DNA of 64,000 nucleotides, taken from positions 125,432 through 189,431 of the forward strand of contig JAGORL010000001.1 of the NCBI GenBank assembly GCA_018062825.1, written 5' to 3'. Made by a program: the position numbers and the translations under genes. The notes beneath the pieces are model-generated. The model ran no database searches, was not told the DNA's origin, and saw only the letters and a list, made by a program, of their open reading frames with translations. The first letter of the stretch is position 1, and every line of letters begins with the position of its first letter. Origin of the DNA: Patescibacteria group bacterium (GTDB lineage Bacteria > Patescibacteriota > Patescibacteriia > UBA9934). Below, piece by piece: positions 49,799 to 59,335 of this stretch.

Positions 49799-51193
49799 AT
49801 GCCAACTCTCGCCCCCATCACTAAGCAAGCATTCTATCAGTACCTGAAGTGCCCATCTTGGATTGCGCATGCCGCTAAGGTCAATCATCGTGAGGATGAT
49901 TTACGTTTTCGTTTACAGCAAGATGGGCTTCTACAGGAGGTGGAAAGAGAGATCCTTAAAAAGCGTGGTCAGATTGTTGAGGTAGAAAATAGCGACCCTG
50001 AAGAGATGGTCGGTAAGACGCTAGAGCTGATGCGAGAGGGTGTGAAAACAATTTACGCCGGTGCACTTGTGCATGGTCGTTATATTGCTCGGCCCGATAT
50101 GCTAGAGCGCGTTGAAGGCAAGTCAAAGTTTGGCGAGTACTACTATGTAACCTGTGACATTAAGCGCAGTCGTCACCTCAAAGAGGAATACATGTTTCAA
50201 GGGGCTTTTTATGCGGATGTTTTAGAGAAAATCCAAGGAGTTCGCCCGGTGCGTAGCTATATCATGAACCCAAAAGGTGAGATTCAGGCCTATGACATCG
50301 CGGATGTTGAGGTGAAATATCGACTAACGCTTGATAGCATTGAGCGTATTCTTGATGGCGAGGAGGAGCCGCATTTTCTCACCTCTGATTGCAAGCAGTC
50401 TCCATGGTTTGCAAAATGCGTGGCTCACGCTGAAGGCTGCGACGATCTGTCGCGTCTCAATCGTTTATGGCGATCAGAAGCCGATGCGCTACGTGAGAGC
50501 GGTATCCGCACTGTAGAAGAATTGGCTAAGGCGGGCGAGGCAGAGATTAACGCGCGCATCAGCGGCATTACTGCTGAACGTTTGCATTACGTACATCTGC
50601 AGGCTCGAGCCCTTGTTGAAAAACGAGCATTCAGACTATCCGAGCCACAACTGTCTGATGACCGAGTGGCGCTTGTTATTGATATCGAAAGCGATCCTCT
50701 ACGAGACCTGCATTATCTCTTTGGTGTCTTAGAAGTAAATGGCGATCAAGCAGTTTTTCGTAAGTTCCTTGCTCGCACTCCACAAGAAGAGAAAGCTGCT
50801 TGGGAAGAATTTTGTGCCTACATACGCGGGTTCATCGGTACGCCAATGTATCACTACGGCTGGTATGAACAGGATGTTTTTCGTGTGATGGCAGAGCGAC
50901 ATGGCGCGCCAGAGGTAGTGCGTTCCATGCTCGTTGAGCAGGGGATTGATCTTTTAACGATAATTCGCGATAGTGTGATCTTGCCGCTATCGTTCTACTC
51001 ATTAAAAGATATCGCCAAGTACGCAGGTTTTTCATGGAGACATGATGACGCCTCGGGATTGAATTCGGTCTTGTGGTATGAAGAGTTTCTCAAAACCGGT
51101 GATGAAGCTGTCTTACAAGACATCGTTCATTACAATGAGGATGACGTGCTCGCTACATGGCATGTACGAAAGTGGCTAACAAGCATAAGATAA
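49799..51193 (+). CDS. RecB-family nuclease (TM0106-like): Cas4-like PD-(D/E)xK N-domain with Cys cluster + RNase H-like C-domain
   Basis: YYYVTCDIKRSRH (D..K core), C....C....C cluster SDCKQSPWFAKCVAHAEGC, C-terminal DIESDPL...YLFG exonuclease-like segment. Confidence 0.5.
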   Translation: MPTLAPITKQAFYQYLKCPSWIAHAAKVNHREDDLRFRLQQDGLLQEVEREILKKRGQIVEVENSDPEEMVGKTLELMREGVKTIYAGALVHGRYIARPDMLERVEGKSKFGEYYYVTCDIKRSRHLKEEYMFQGAFYADVLEKIQGVRPVRSYIMNPKGEIQAYDIADVEVKYRLTLDSIERILDGEEEPHFLTSDCKQSPWFAKCVAHAEGCDDLSRLNRLWRSEADALRESGIRTVEELAKAGEAEINARISGITAERLHYVHLQARALVEKRAFRLSEPQLSDDRVALVIDIESDPLRDLHYLFGVLEVNGDQAVFRKFLARTPQEEKAAWEEFCAYIRGFIGTPMYHYGWYEQDVFRVMAERHGAPEVVRSMLVEQGIDLLTIIRDSVILPLSFYSLKDIAKYAGFSWRHDDASGLNSVLWYEEFLKTGDEAVLQDIVHYNEDDVLATWHVRKWLTSIR

Positions 51194-51197
51194 GTGT

Positions 51198-52076
51198 ATG
51201 CCTTCCACGCAAAAGTCAGTAAGTAAATCACGTATTCCAGCCTGGCCGCTGGCTCTTTTTGGTGTTGTTGTAGCATTTGCCATCGGATTGCGCGTCTACG
51301 AGGTTTTTAATCCGACTGATCCTCGCGTACAGGTGCCGTCTGCTACCTACATGGAGGTCATGCAGCAGCTTGAAGAAGAGCGTCTCGCGCAGGAAGCTGC
51401 GAACGCCGCAGCTGCCGCGCAAGCTGACAACGCTCCCGTTGAGGTTCCTGATGAACCGGTCGTTGATGAGCCGATTGAGGCAGAGCCTGTCATACCAAAG
51501 GAGCTACCAACCGAGTTTAATCTTGCAGTTCCGTTTACATCGCAAGCGCCAAACGGTGTTTGGGATGTGATCCATGAAGATACCTGTGAAGAGGCGTCAT
51601 GGCTTATGGTGCGCGAATATTACGCAGGTAATACTGTGGCAACCCTTGATCCAGCCAAGGCTGATCCGGAGTTGATCGCCATGGTAGATAGCCAAACAGC
51701 ACAGGGCCTCGAGATGAGTGTCACCGCTAGTGAACTTGTCACCTGGATGGAGGGATATGACGACGTAGATGCGCGTATTATTGAAAATCCAACCATCGAG
51801 CAGATGAAGCGTTTACTAGTTGAGGAAGGAAAGCCGATTATTGTACCGATGGCTGGTCGTGAATTAGGAAATCCTTACTTTTCGGGGGAGGGTCCCGTGT
51901 ACCACATGCTTGTTATCCGCGGCTACACGGCTAACGGTTTTATTACCAATGAGCCAGGAACACGCATGGGCGAGAACTACTTCTACAGCTACGACGTCGT
52001 TATGAATGCGATGGGCGACTGGGAGGGCAAGGATCCTGCAAATGGCGCAAAACGCATTATCGTGGTAGAGCCATAG
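51198..52076 (+). CDS. membrane-anchored peptidase C39-like (papain-fold) domain protein
   Basis: N-terminal TM; FTSQAPNGVWDVIHEDTCEEASWLMVREYY (Q...C catalytic region of C39-like domains) and later conserved His (YHMLVIRGY). Confidence 0.45.
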   Translation: MPSTQKSVSKSRIPAWPLALFGVVVAFAIGLRVYEVFNPTDPRVQVPSATYMEVMQQLEEERLAQEAANAAAAAQADNAPVEVPDEPVVDEPIEAEPVIPKELPTEFNLAVPFTSQAPNGVWDVIHEDTCEEASWLMVREYYAGNTVATLDPAKADPELIAMVDSQTAQGLEMSVTASELVTWMEGYDDVDARIIENPTIEQMKRLLVEEGKPIIVPMAGRELGNPYFSGEGPVYHMLVIRGYTANGFITNEPGTRMGENYFYSYDVVMNAMGDWEGKDPANGAKRIIVVEP

Positions 52077-52079
52077 GGT

Positions 52080-53363
52080 ATGGAACTGCCACAAAGCATT
52101 CGCGTTTCAGAATATCTGGGCCTTGTTAATTTTGCTTTGCGCGAGGTTATTCATGAGGGCATATACATTGAAGGAGAGGTTGCGCAATATAAAGTATCTC
52201 AAGGAAAGTGGGTGTATTTTGATTTGAAAGATGAAGAGTCGGGGGAATTGTTGCCGTGTTTTAGCACCATGTTTACGCCCGGAATGAATGTTATTGCAGA
52301 CGGCATGCGTATTCGTGTTCGCGGTTACGCCAAAATCTACGAAAAGAACGGACGATTTTCCCTCACGGTGCAAGAAGCAATTCCTTCCGGAGAGGGTGCA
52401 TTACGTAAGGCGTTTGAACAGCTACGCGATCGGCTAGAAAGAGAAGGGCTATTCAGCGCGGATCGCAAGCGCGCCATTCCACGTTTTCCTGAAAGAATTG
52501 GACTTATCACTTCAAAAGATGCTGCTGCTTACGGAGATTTTCTGCGCGTACTCAACAATCGCTGGGGAGGTGTAAAAATCATACACGCGCATGCTCAAGT
52601 GCAAGGAGCGCAAGCAGTGCAAACTATCTGCGCCGCTCTTGAAGCGTTTCAGCGCATGCCAAGCGCGCAAGCGCCAGAGGTGCTTGTTGTGACGCGTGGT
52701 GGCGGCAGTATGGAAGAGTTGCAGGCTTTTAATGACGAGCGGGTAGTACGTGCTATCTATGCGTCGCGCATCCCGGTTGTGGTCGGTGTCGGGCACGAGC
52801 GCGATGAAACGCTCGCTGACTACGTTGCTGACGTTCGCGCTTCAACGCCGTCAAATGCTGCCGAACGTGTTGTGCCAAAGCGTGAAGAGGTTGCTCGAGA
52901 CCTATCGCAAACTATAGCGTTCATGGAGAGCTACCTAAGTCACGGCGTAGAGATCGCTTTGCAAAAGGTTACGCAGCACACAAGGCAGTCCGAGCTTTCG
53001 GTGGAGCGTATGCTCGCACGTGCGCAAACAGCACTTGAACGATTCATGTACGGAGCGGATAAGTATCGATCACGCGTGGCCTTAATGCGTGAATCACTAG
53101 CTCGTTACATGATCGAGCTGGAACACGCCTTGCATACACATTTACAAAAAACGCGCAGTATAATCGGTGAGTATGAAGCGTATCTGCGAGGATTAGATCC
53201 AAAGCGTGTACTGGCACGCGGTTACGCAATTGTACGCAGTAAAGAGAGGGTGGTTAGAAATGCGAAAGAGATGCGCGAGGGAGATGTGGTAACGATTGAA
53301 GTCGCTCACGGTGAAATTGGTGCTCAAATTATAAAAAAGTATCAGCAATCAACGCTGTTATAA
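52080..53363 (+). CDS. xseA: exodeoxyribonuclease VII large subunit
   Basis: OB-fold N-terminus (GEVAQYKVSQGKWVYFDLKDE), RGGGS.EEL.AFN catalytic region. Confidence 0.9.
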   Translation: MELPQSIRVSEYLGLVNFALREVIHEGIYIEGEVAQYKVSQGKWVYFDLKDEESGELLPCFSTMFTPGMNVIADGMRIRVRGYAKIYEKNGRFSLTVQEAIPSGEGALRKAFEQLRDRLEREGLFSADRKRAIPRFPERIGLITSKDAAAYGDFLRVLNNRWGGVKIIHAHAQVQGAQAVQTICAALEAFQRMPSAQAPEVLVVTRGGGSMEELQAFNDERVVRAIYASRIPVVVGVGHERDETLADYVADVRASTPSNAAERVVPKREEVARDLSQTIAFMESYLSHGVEIALQKVTQHTRQSELSVERMLARAQTALERFMYGADKYRSRVALMRESLARYMIELEHALHTHLQKTRSIIGEYEAYLRGLDPKRVLARGYAIVRSKERVVRNAKEMREGDVVTIEVAHGEIGAQIIKKYQQSTLL

Positions 53364-53368
53364 TCACT

Positions 53369-53587
53369 ATGGCAAAAAAACAGACCTTTCAGGAGGCTAT
53401 GACTGAACTTGAAGAGATCTCCTCCTGGTTTTCCCAGGAAGAAACTGATCTTGATGAAGGTATTAAAAAGTTTGCTCGTGGCCTAGAGCTTGCTGCCATG
53501 TGTCGATCAAAGTTAAGTGAAGTAGAAAACACCGTCACAAAACTCAAAGAACAATTCGCAACCGAATCTGATGAGTCAGGAGAATAA
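53369..53587 (+). CDS. xseB: exodeoxyribonuclease VII small subunit
   Basis: FQEAMTELEEISSWFSQEETDLDEGIKKFARGLELAAMCRSKL typical XseB. Confidence 0.85.
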   Translation: MAKKQTFQEAMTELEEISSWFSQEETDLDEGIKKFARGLELAAMCRSKLSEVENTVTKLKEQFATESDESGE

Positions 53588-53649
53588 GAGGCGCATGCTC
53601 ACATTCCTGGCCACTACTTCCTACTAACTACTTCCTACCCCTTCACCCT

Positions 53650-54006
53650 ATGAAACTCCTTCTTCGTTGGCTTATCAATGCGTTGGCACTTCTTGCTGCC
53701 ACACAGTTTATTTCAGGATTTGAAGTGAGCACATTCTACGCGGCACTCATCGCGGCTCTTGTTCTTGGGCTTCTCAATGCCGTAGTACGTCCAATCCTCG
53801 TTATTCTCACGCTGCCAATTAACATTATCACGCTCGGGCTCTTTATTTTTGTGATTAACGGCGTGCTCGTGTGGTTTATGTCCACCTTTATCAAGGGCGT
53901 CACGGTTGACGGCTTCTTGCCTGCGCTTCTTGTGGCGATCTTCTTGTGGGCTGTGAGCGTAGTAACAAATTGGTTCCTCAAAACCGACGATGCTACCAAG
54001 CGATAA
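53650..54006 (+). CDS. YvlD-like small membrane protein (phage holin family 4_2-like)
   Basis: 118 aa, 4 TM; ...LLNAVVRPILVILTLPINIITLGLF... family pattern. Confidence 0.5.
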   Translation: MKLLLRWLINALALLAATQFISGFEVSTFYAALIAALVLGLLNAVVRPILVILTLPINIITLGLFIFVINGVLVWFMSTFIKGVTVDGFLPALLVAIFLWAVSVVTNWFLKTDDATKR

Positions 54007-55087
54007 CGGTTTGTAAAAAACGCAGCGCTAAACTAAGGATCGGATTAGCAAAATGGGTAACGATCGGACTCGTAGTTTGAGTTTCTTGAAAAAGAATGGA
54101 TCCAGTTGTGTGACTCAAAAGTTCTCGATCACTAACGCGTCGTAGCTCCTGAAGGCTGCGACGTTTTGGTAACCACGTCTGCCAGGCCTCGGCAGTAAAC
54201 CAATAGCGATAGGCCTTTAGGCGTTCAGGAAGCCAGCCTCCACGCCACGCAAAAACAAAAAGTGCTAACTCGGTGCACAAAAGAAGCGGTGCTAGGAGGA
54301 GAAGAGTTGGAAGCTTGTAGGTGATCAAAAGAAATGCAAAACGATTTCGTTCCATGAAGTAATACTTGTTCATGGAGCGTGAAAATTCGTAGTGATGATA
54401 GGCAACTGCGCTTGGCACAAGGACGCTGCGATACCCAAGCATGCGAAGGCGCACTGAGTACTCAAGGTCCTCATGGTACATAAAAAAAGCATGCTCAAGC
54501 CCGCCATGCTTCTTAACAAGCTCAAGACGCATAAGAACTGCTGCGCCACTAGCAAAGCCGATGTCAGTAATAGTTGACGGCGCTTGCGTGACAGGGGAGA
54601 GATAGTAATTGCAGTAACCAAAGCCAAGAAAATGAACAGCATTACCGGCGCTATTTATTTTTGTTCGTTCCGGATCAAGAACGATAAGCGGTTGCGCTAC
54701 ACCAATTGATGGATCGGTTTCAAGGGCCTCCACGAGTCGGGTAATGGATTGAGGGTGAAGAGAGGCGTCGTTATTAAGAAGAAGCGCATACGTACAGTTG
54801 CGCTCTATAGCGTCATCAAGACCGGCCTGATTACCACGGGCAAACCCAAGATTTTCCGCCTGCTCAAGGATGGTGACCTGGGGGAGAGTTAGGCCACTTT
54901 GCGGCAAGAGGTGTTCACGGATAGTTGGAGCGTACGACCCTTGCGTAGCATGTGGATTAACAACTACGATAAATTCTAAAAGCTCTTTCGGATAGTGAAG
55001 AGCGGCAATGCTGTCAGCGGCTGCGGTAAGAAAAGAAAGGTCGTGGTAGTACGCAAGATAAACGATGGCAACTTTAGGCTTTGTCAT
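53993..55087 (-). CDS. glycosyltransferase family 2
   Basis: VAIVYLAYYHD...NNDASL...DxD-like, C-terminal TM helices. Confidence 0.65.
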   Translation of the reverse strand: MTKPKVAIVYLAYYHDLSFLTAAADSIAALHYPKELLEFIVVVNPHATQGSYAPTIREHLLPQSGLTLPQVTILEQAENLGFARGNQAGLDDAIERNCTYALLLNNDASLHPQSITRLVEALETDPSIGVAQPLIVLDPERTKINSAGNAVHFLGFGYCNYYLSPVTQAPSTITDIGFASGAAVLMRLELVKKHGGLEHAFFMYHEDLEYSVRLRMLGYRSVLVPSAVAYHHYEFSRSMNKYYFMERNRFAFLLITYKLPTLLLLAPLLLCTELALFVFAWRGGWLPERLKAYRYWFTAEAWQTWLPKRRSLQELRRVSDRELLSHTTGSILFQETQTTSPIVTHFANPILSLALRFLQTVIAW

Positions 55088-55916
55088 ACGATCGGTGATT
55101 GCCAAGCCACTTCCACAAATACTGAAGCCAGCTGCGAATATGTAAGCGGGCAAGCTTATTTTTTAATAGACCACGTAGCGCTCCCGAGACTTTTGAAGAT
55201 CCGCGTTCATGCTTGTGGTGAATGACGATGTCATGCACGTAATGTACCTCGCGGCCAGAATGCCAGACGCTATGACAAAGGTCGCAATCTTCAATGTAAA
55301 GAAAATAGCGTTCATCAAAAAAACCAAGCTGAGCTACCGCTTCATGACGAATGAAAAGCGCAGCGCCGAGGATCCAGTCAACTGGGCGAGTATAGGTGCG
55401 ATCAAAGTCTTTCATGAGAAGCGCGTCAGCAGCGCGCTTAAGTGCCGGAATACGCGCATGAGCCTTAAGATGACGAATCGGCTTAATGAGCATGGACTGT
55501 AGGTTGAATCGAAACGATGACTGCTGTGTTGAGCCATCTGGATTGAGAAGTCTTGGACCAATAACACCAGCTTCCGGGTGCTCCTCCATGTAGCGTACGA
55601 GATTATTAATAACGTTTGCGCCATCTGGAATAAGTGTGTCGGGATTGATCGCGAGGTAATAGTTAGCAGGATAGGCGCGAAAAGCCGCATTATTACCAGC
55701 GCCAAAACCAACGTTCCCACCCGCGTCAAGATAACGCACGCTTGGAAAGAGTTCAGCGACCGCTTCCCGAACCCCATCACGGTTTTCTGAATTATCAACA
55801 ACTACCACGGTAACCTCGTGCGAAGCTAGAGGGATATCCTTAAAAAGCGTCGTAAGCGACGCAAGGATATCCTGACGCATATTGTAGTTAACATAAACTA
55901 CGGTTACTGCGGCCAT
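55074..55916 (-). CDS. glycosyltransferase family 2
   Basis: VTVVYVNYN...VVDNSENRDG...LAINPDT (DxD-like)...YIEDCDLC. Confidence 0.7.
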   Translation of the reverse strand: MAAVTVVYVNYNMRQDILASLTTLFKDIPLASHEVTVVVVDNSENRDGVREAVAELFPSVRYLDAGGNVGFGAGNNAAFRAYPANYYLAINPDTLIPDGANVINNLVRYMEEHPEAGVIGPRLLNPDGSTQQSSFRFNLQSMLIKPIRHLKAHARIPALKRAADALLMKDFDRTYTRPVDWILGAALFIRHEAVAQLGFFDERYFLYIEDCDLCHSVWHSGREVHYVHDIVIHHKHERGSSKVSGALRGLLKNKLARLHIRSWLQYLWKWLGNHRSYDKA

Positions 55917-55961
55917 ACGGGCTAACCTTAGCGCATTTTATCCTGTTCGCCAAGCACAGGC

Positions 55962-57146
55962 CTAGCGCACCAGGTTCAAGCGGAAAACCTGATTGTTTTC
56001 AGGTGTTTCCGTGAGGTAATGAAGCGCGCGGCCGTTATCCTCAACGCCCACGGTAACAATGCCCAAATCCTCAGTAAGGGTAGTGAAGAGTCGAGAGGTA
56101 TAGCTATTGCGATCAACCGCCTGAATACTGGTGCTCGTTGTTAAAAAGAATGCATCACCGGTTGGATGCCAATCAATATCAAGTACCGGCATGCTTTGCC
56201 GAGTAATAAATGTTTTTTCCTGAGATTCGGCTAAATACAAAGAAACTTCACTGCCATCTGTCCAAAGAAGTGCATGTTCTTCAGGAAGCCAGTCGTAAGC
56301 CGCCAGACGCGTTGAAAGATCAACAACGGCATCCTGCTCGAGGCTAACGATAAATGGAACGTCTCGAGAGTTCGTGATAATCGCGAACCGGTCGTCTCGT
56401 TCAAGAACGGTATAGGTATCGAGTGGCAGAAGGCCGATAAGAGTTTTGGTATCAGAGCGTCGGACTTCAATGTTGGACCCGTTATCCTCCAGTGTGATTT
56501 CCGGAATGCCGCCAAGAAGCAGGGTAGTGATAATTTCTGGCGAGATAGTAATGCCAGCAACGTCAATAACCTCTTCCTGAGTGGAATCGTTAATAATGAA
56601 GCTATTTTCTTGCGCAGTAGCCAGAATGCGTAAAGATGCCTGCTCAAAAGACGTAGTAGTGAGCGATCGATCTTCAAGAGTGAGTACGTCAAACACACGA
56701 ATGATCGCCTGATTTCCACGAGTAAGTCCGTACGCTACATAGCGACCAGAACGATCAAACGTTGGCGCTAGTATGCCGCTTGATTCCATAACAACAGTAG
56801 GTTCGGCATCAGCAAAAAGTAATGCAGACATGTAGCTTGTCTTGCCGGCGCTAACATCGGTCTGTTGGGTAAACGAGTGGTACCCGCGCTTGCTCATGGT
56901 GACGGTAACGGGGCCCGGTAAGAGTCGTTGCATGACAAGAGGCGTACGACTTTTCTGAGTAATGCCGTTAATAACAACGTCAGCCCCCCTAGGCGAGGTA
57001 GCAAGCGCTAGCGCTCCGGTCTGCTGAACGCGATTATTATTCAGGTTGATGCGGTAGCCGGCGGTATACAAAACAGCCAGTGGCGCAGAAACCACAAAAA
57101 TTGCTGAGAAAAAGTAGAAAACAAATGATCGATACGCGGTATGCAT
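55962..57146 (-). CDS. membrane-anchored PEGA-domain protein with beta-propeller-like C-region
   Basis: TM helix, PEGA-like segment SPRGADVVINGITQKSRTPLVMQRLLPGPVTVTMSKRGY. Confidence 0.45.
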   Translation of the reverse strand: MHTAYRSFVFYFFSAIFVVSAPLAVLYTAGYRINLNNNRVQQTGALALATSPRGADVVINGITQKSRTPLVMQRLLPGPVTVTMSKRGYHSFTQQTDVSAGKTSYMSALLFADAEPTVVMESSGILAPTFDRSGRYVAYGLTRGNQAIIRVFDVLTLEDRSLTTTSFEQASLRILATAQENSFIINDSTQEEVIDVAGITISPEIITTLLLGGIPEITLEDNGSNIEVRRSDTKTLIGLLPLDTYTVLERDDRFAIITNSRDVPFIVSLEQDAVVDLSTRLAAYDWLPEEHALLWTDGSEVSLYLAESQEKTFITRQSMPVLDIDWHPTGDAFFLTTSTSIQAVDRNSYTSRLFTTLTEDLGIVTVGVEDNGRALHYLTETPENNQVFRLNLVR

Positions 57147-57210
57147 AGCTATAGCATAGCAAACTATCACGCTTTGTCTTTGAATGCCATCGTGCTACAC
57201 TGTCATCTGT

Positions 57211-58455
57211 ATGTCATTTGAGAAAAAAGAGTCGTTATCGCCGTTATCTGGTGTATTGCGAGCCTTGTGTTTAACCGGCTTTGCTACCGCGCTTTTTTTA
57301 GCCGGTTACACGCTTGGTAAGGCTCCAGCAGCCTACAGTGAAAACGGCGTTCCCGGTGAAGGAGGCGTAGCCGGTATCGGTGATACCCCGGCTTGGCTAT
57401 CCCAGGATGTTGACTTCCGTATGTTTTGGGAGGTGTGGAAATTGGTTGAGAACTCGTATGTTGACCAGCCGGTATCTGAAAAGTCACTCTACTATGGGTC
57501 GCTTATCGGCATGCTTGGTGGCTTGGGAGATCAGTACTCGCAGTTTTTTGACCCTGAAATGGCTGAAGCTTTCAATCAACAGATTGAAGGTACGTTTTAC
57601 GGCATTGGTGCTGAGCTTGGCTTGAATGAGGCCGGCGCTATCGTAGTCATTGCGCCATTTAATGACGCCCCAGCTGGACGAGCAGGTATTTTGGCAGGTG
57701 ATGCTATTGCTAAGATTGATGGCGTCGAGACCGTTGGTATGACAGTTAATGAAGCCGTGCAGCGCATTCGTGGAGAACTCGGAACTCCGGTAACGCTTAC
57801 AATCGTCAGGTCTGGAGGTACTGCTTTTGACGTAGCTATTACTCGTGACGAAATTAAAATTGATAGCGTCAAGCACGAGATTCGTGAAGATGGTGTTGGT
57901 GTGATTGAGATCGCTATGTTCAATGACGATACCGTGTACCTATTTGAGCAGGCTGCGCAAGAAATGGTGCAAGAAGGAGTAACCGATCTTGTTATTGATC
58001 TTCGCAACAACCCGGGTGGGTACTTTGATGGAGCTATTGATCTTGCGGCGTACTGGATTGAGGATCAAACCGCTGTTATGGAAGAGATTCGTGGCGTACG
58101 TACCGAATTCAAGGCAGATGGTATACCTCGTTTGAAGGATATGAATACCGTCGTCCTTGTAAATGGCGGTTCAGCCTCTGCCGCCGAGATTTTAGCCGGC
58201 GCCTTGCAGGATTATGGCTTTGCTACCTTGATCGGTGAGAAGACATTTGGAAAAGGTTCGGTTCAGGAGTACCATGAATTACCAGATGGGAGTGCAGTGA
58301 AAATTACCGTAGCGCGCTGGTTAACGCCGCTCGGTCGTTCGATTGAAAAGAACGGTATTACCCCTGATGTTGTAGTTGAATTCACCCTAGAAGATTTCAA
58401 TGCCGGGCAAGATCCCCAACTCGAAGAGGCGCTCGATATCCTCGCGTCGCAATAA
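57211..58455 (+). CDS. ctpA: carboxyl-terminal processing protease (S41)
   Basis: PDZ domain, IDLRNNPGG, LVNGGSASAAEILAGAL, GEKTFGKGSVQ catalytic motifs. Confidence 0.85.
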   Translation: MSFEKKESLSPLSGVLRALCLTGFATALFLAGYTLGKAPAAYSENGVPGEGGVAGIGDTPAWLSQDVDFRMFWEVWKLVENSYVDQPVSEKSLYYGSLIGMLGGLGDQYSQFFDPEMAEAFNQQIEGTFYGIGAELGLNEAGAIVVIAPFNDAPAGRAGILAGDAIAKIDGVETVGMTVNEAVQRIRGELGTPVTLTIVRSGGTAFDVAITRDEIKIDSVKHEIREDGVGVIEIAMFNDDTVYLFEQAAQEMVQEGVTDLVIDLRNNPGGYFDGAIDLAAYWIEDQTAVMEEIRGVRTEFKADGIPRLKDMNTVVLVNGGSASAAEILAGALQDYGFATLIGEKTFGKGSVQEYHELPDGSAVKITVARWLTPLGRSIEKNGITPDVVVEFTLEDFNAGQDPQLEEALDILASQ

Positions 58456-58960
58456 TGGCGGCCGCGAGCGTCACCGTATTGAGGTGTCCGCAGGCGGACT
58501 CGTGTTTCGTCGTACCCGTGAAGGACTATTTTTCGCCATGGTCATCGATTCATACGGGAAGTGGGCCTTTCCTAAGGGTCATGTCCGCGCCGGTGAAAGA
58601 TACAAAGATGCCGCCACACGTGAGATTCTGGAAGAGATGGGAATTTCCGGACTGCGATTCGTAGCTCGCCTAGAAACGATCGATATCTGGTTTAGGGACA
58701 GGTTTGTCCACAAGGGGCAGCTGATCCATAAATACATCCACTACTTTTTGTTTGAGGCGCCAAAAGACGCCGCATTACGCAAACCCGAGCCTCGAGATGC
58801 TGGTGAAAACATTCAAGGCGTAGCCTGGATTCCTGCTCAGGAGCTTCTGAAAACTTCCAGCTATCGAGATATGGTCGTTATAATAAAGAAGGCACTACGT
58901 ATATGCAGGTCGTCCTCCTCGAAGATGTCAAAGCCCTTGGTCGCCAAGGTGAGCTCGTAG
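58400..58960 (+). CDS. NUDIX hydrolase (true start probably downstream of 58400, overlapping ctpA end)
   Basis: Nudix box GHVRAGERYKDAATREILEEMGI. Confidence 0.7.
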   Translation: MPGKIPNSKRRSISSRRNNGGRERHRIEVSAGGLVFRRTREGLFFAMVIDSYGKWAFPKGHVRAGERYKDAATREILEEMGISGLRFVARLETIDIWFRDRFVHKGQLIHKYIHYFLFEAPKDAALRKPEPRDAGENIQGVAWIPAQELLKTSSYRDMVVIIKKALRICRSSSSKMSKPLVAKVSS

Positions 58961-59331
58961 AAGTACCCGATGGGTACGCTACGCATTTTCTGTTTCCGCA
59001 GCACATGGCTGTAGAATCAACAGGCAAACCGGCTGACGCTGACGAAAAAGAAGTAAGTACCACACAAAAGAAAGAAGAAGAGCGTGAGCGAGCACTTGCC
59101 ACAGAGATCGATGGCCTAGAAGTTACTATTCCGGTTCGTGTTGAGGAGGGTGAGGTGCTAGAACCAGTGACTTCTACACAGCTGCGGGCTGCACTCAAAG
59201 ACCAAGGTGTGGTAATAGAGAAGAAGCTTTTGCAGTTCAAGCCACTAACGGATCTTGGACGGCATGAGGTCTTTCTTGAATTCCCGTCAGGTTTTGAAGC
59301 AACATTGACGGTCAATGTAGAGGCTGCGTAA
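58903..59331 (+). CDS. rplI: 50S ribosomal protein L9
   Basis: MQVVLLEDVKALGRQGELVEVPDGYATHFLFPQ canonical L9 N-domain. Confidence 0.85.
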   Translation: MQVVLLEDVKALGRQGELVEVPDGYATHFLFPQHMAVESTGKPADADEKEVSTTQKKEEERERALATEIDGLEVTIPVRVEEGEVLEPVTSTQLRAALKDQGVVIEKKLLQFKPLTDLGRHEVFLEFPSGFEATLTVNVEAA

Positions 59332-59335
59332 AACT

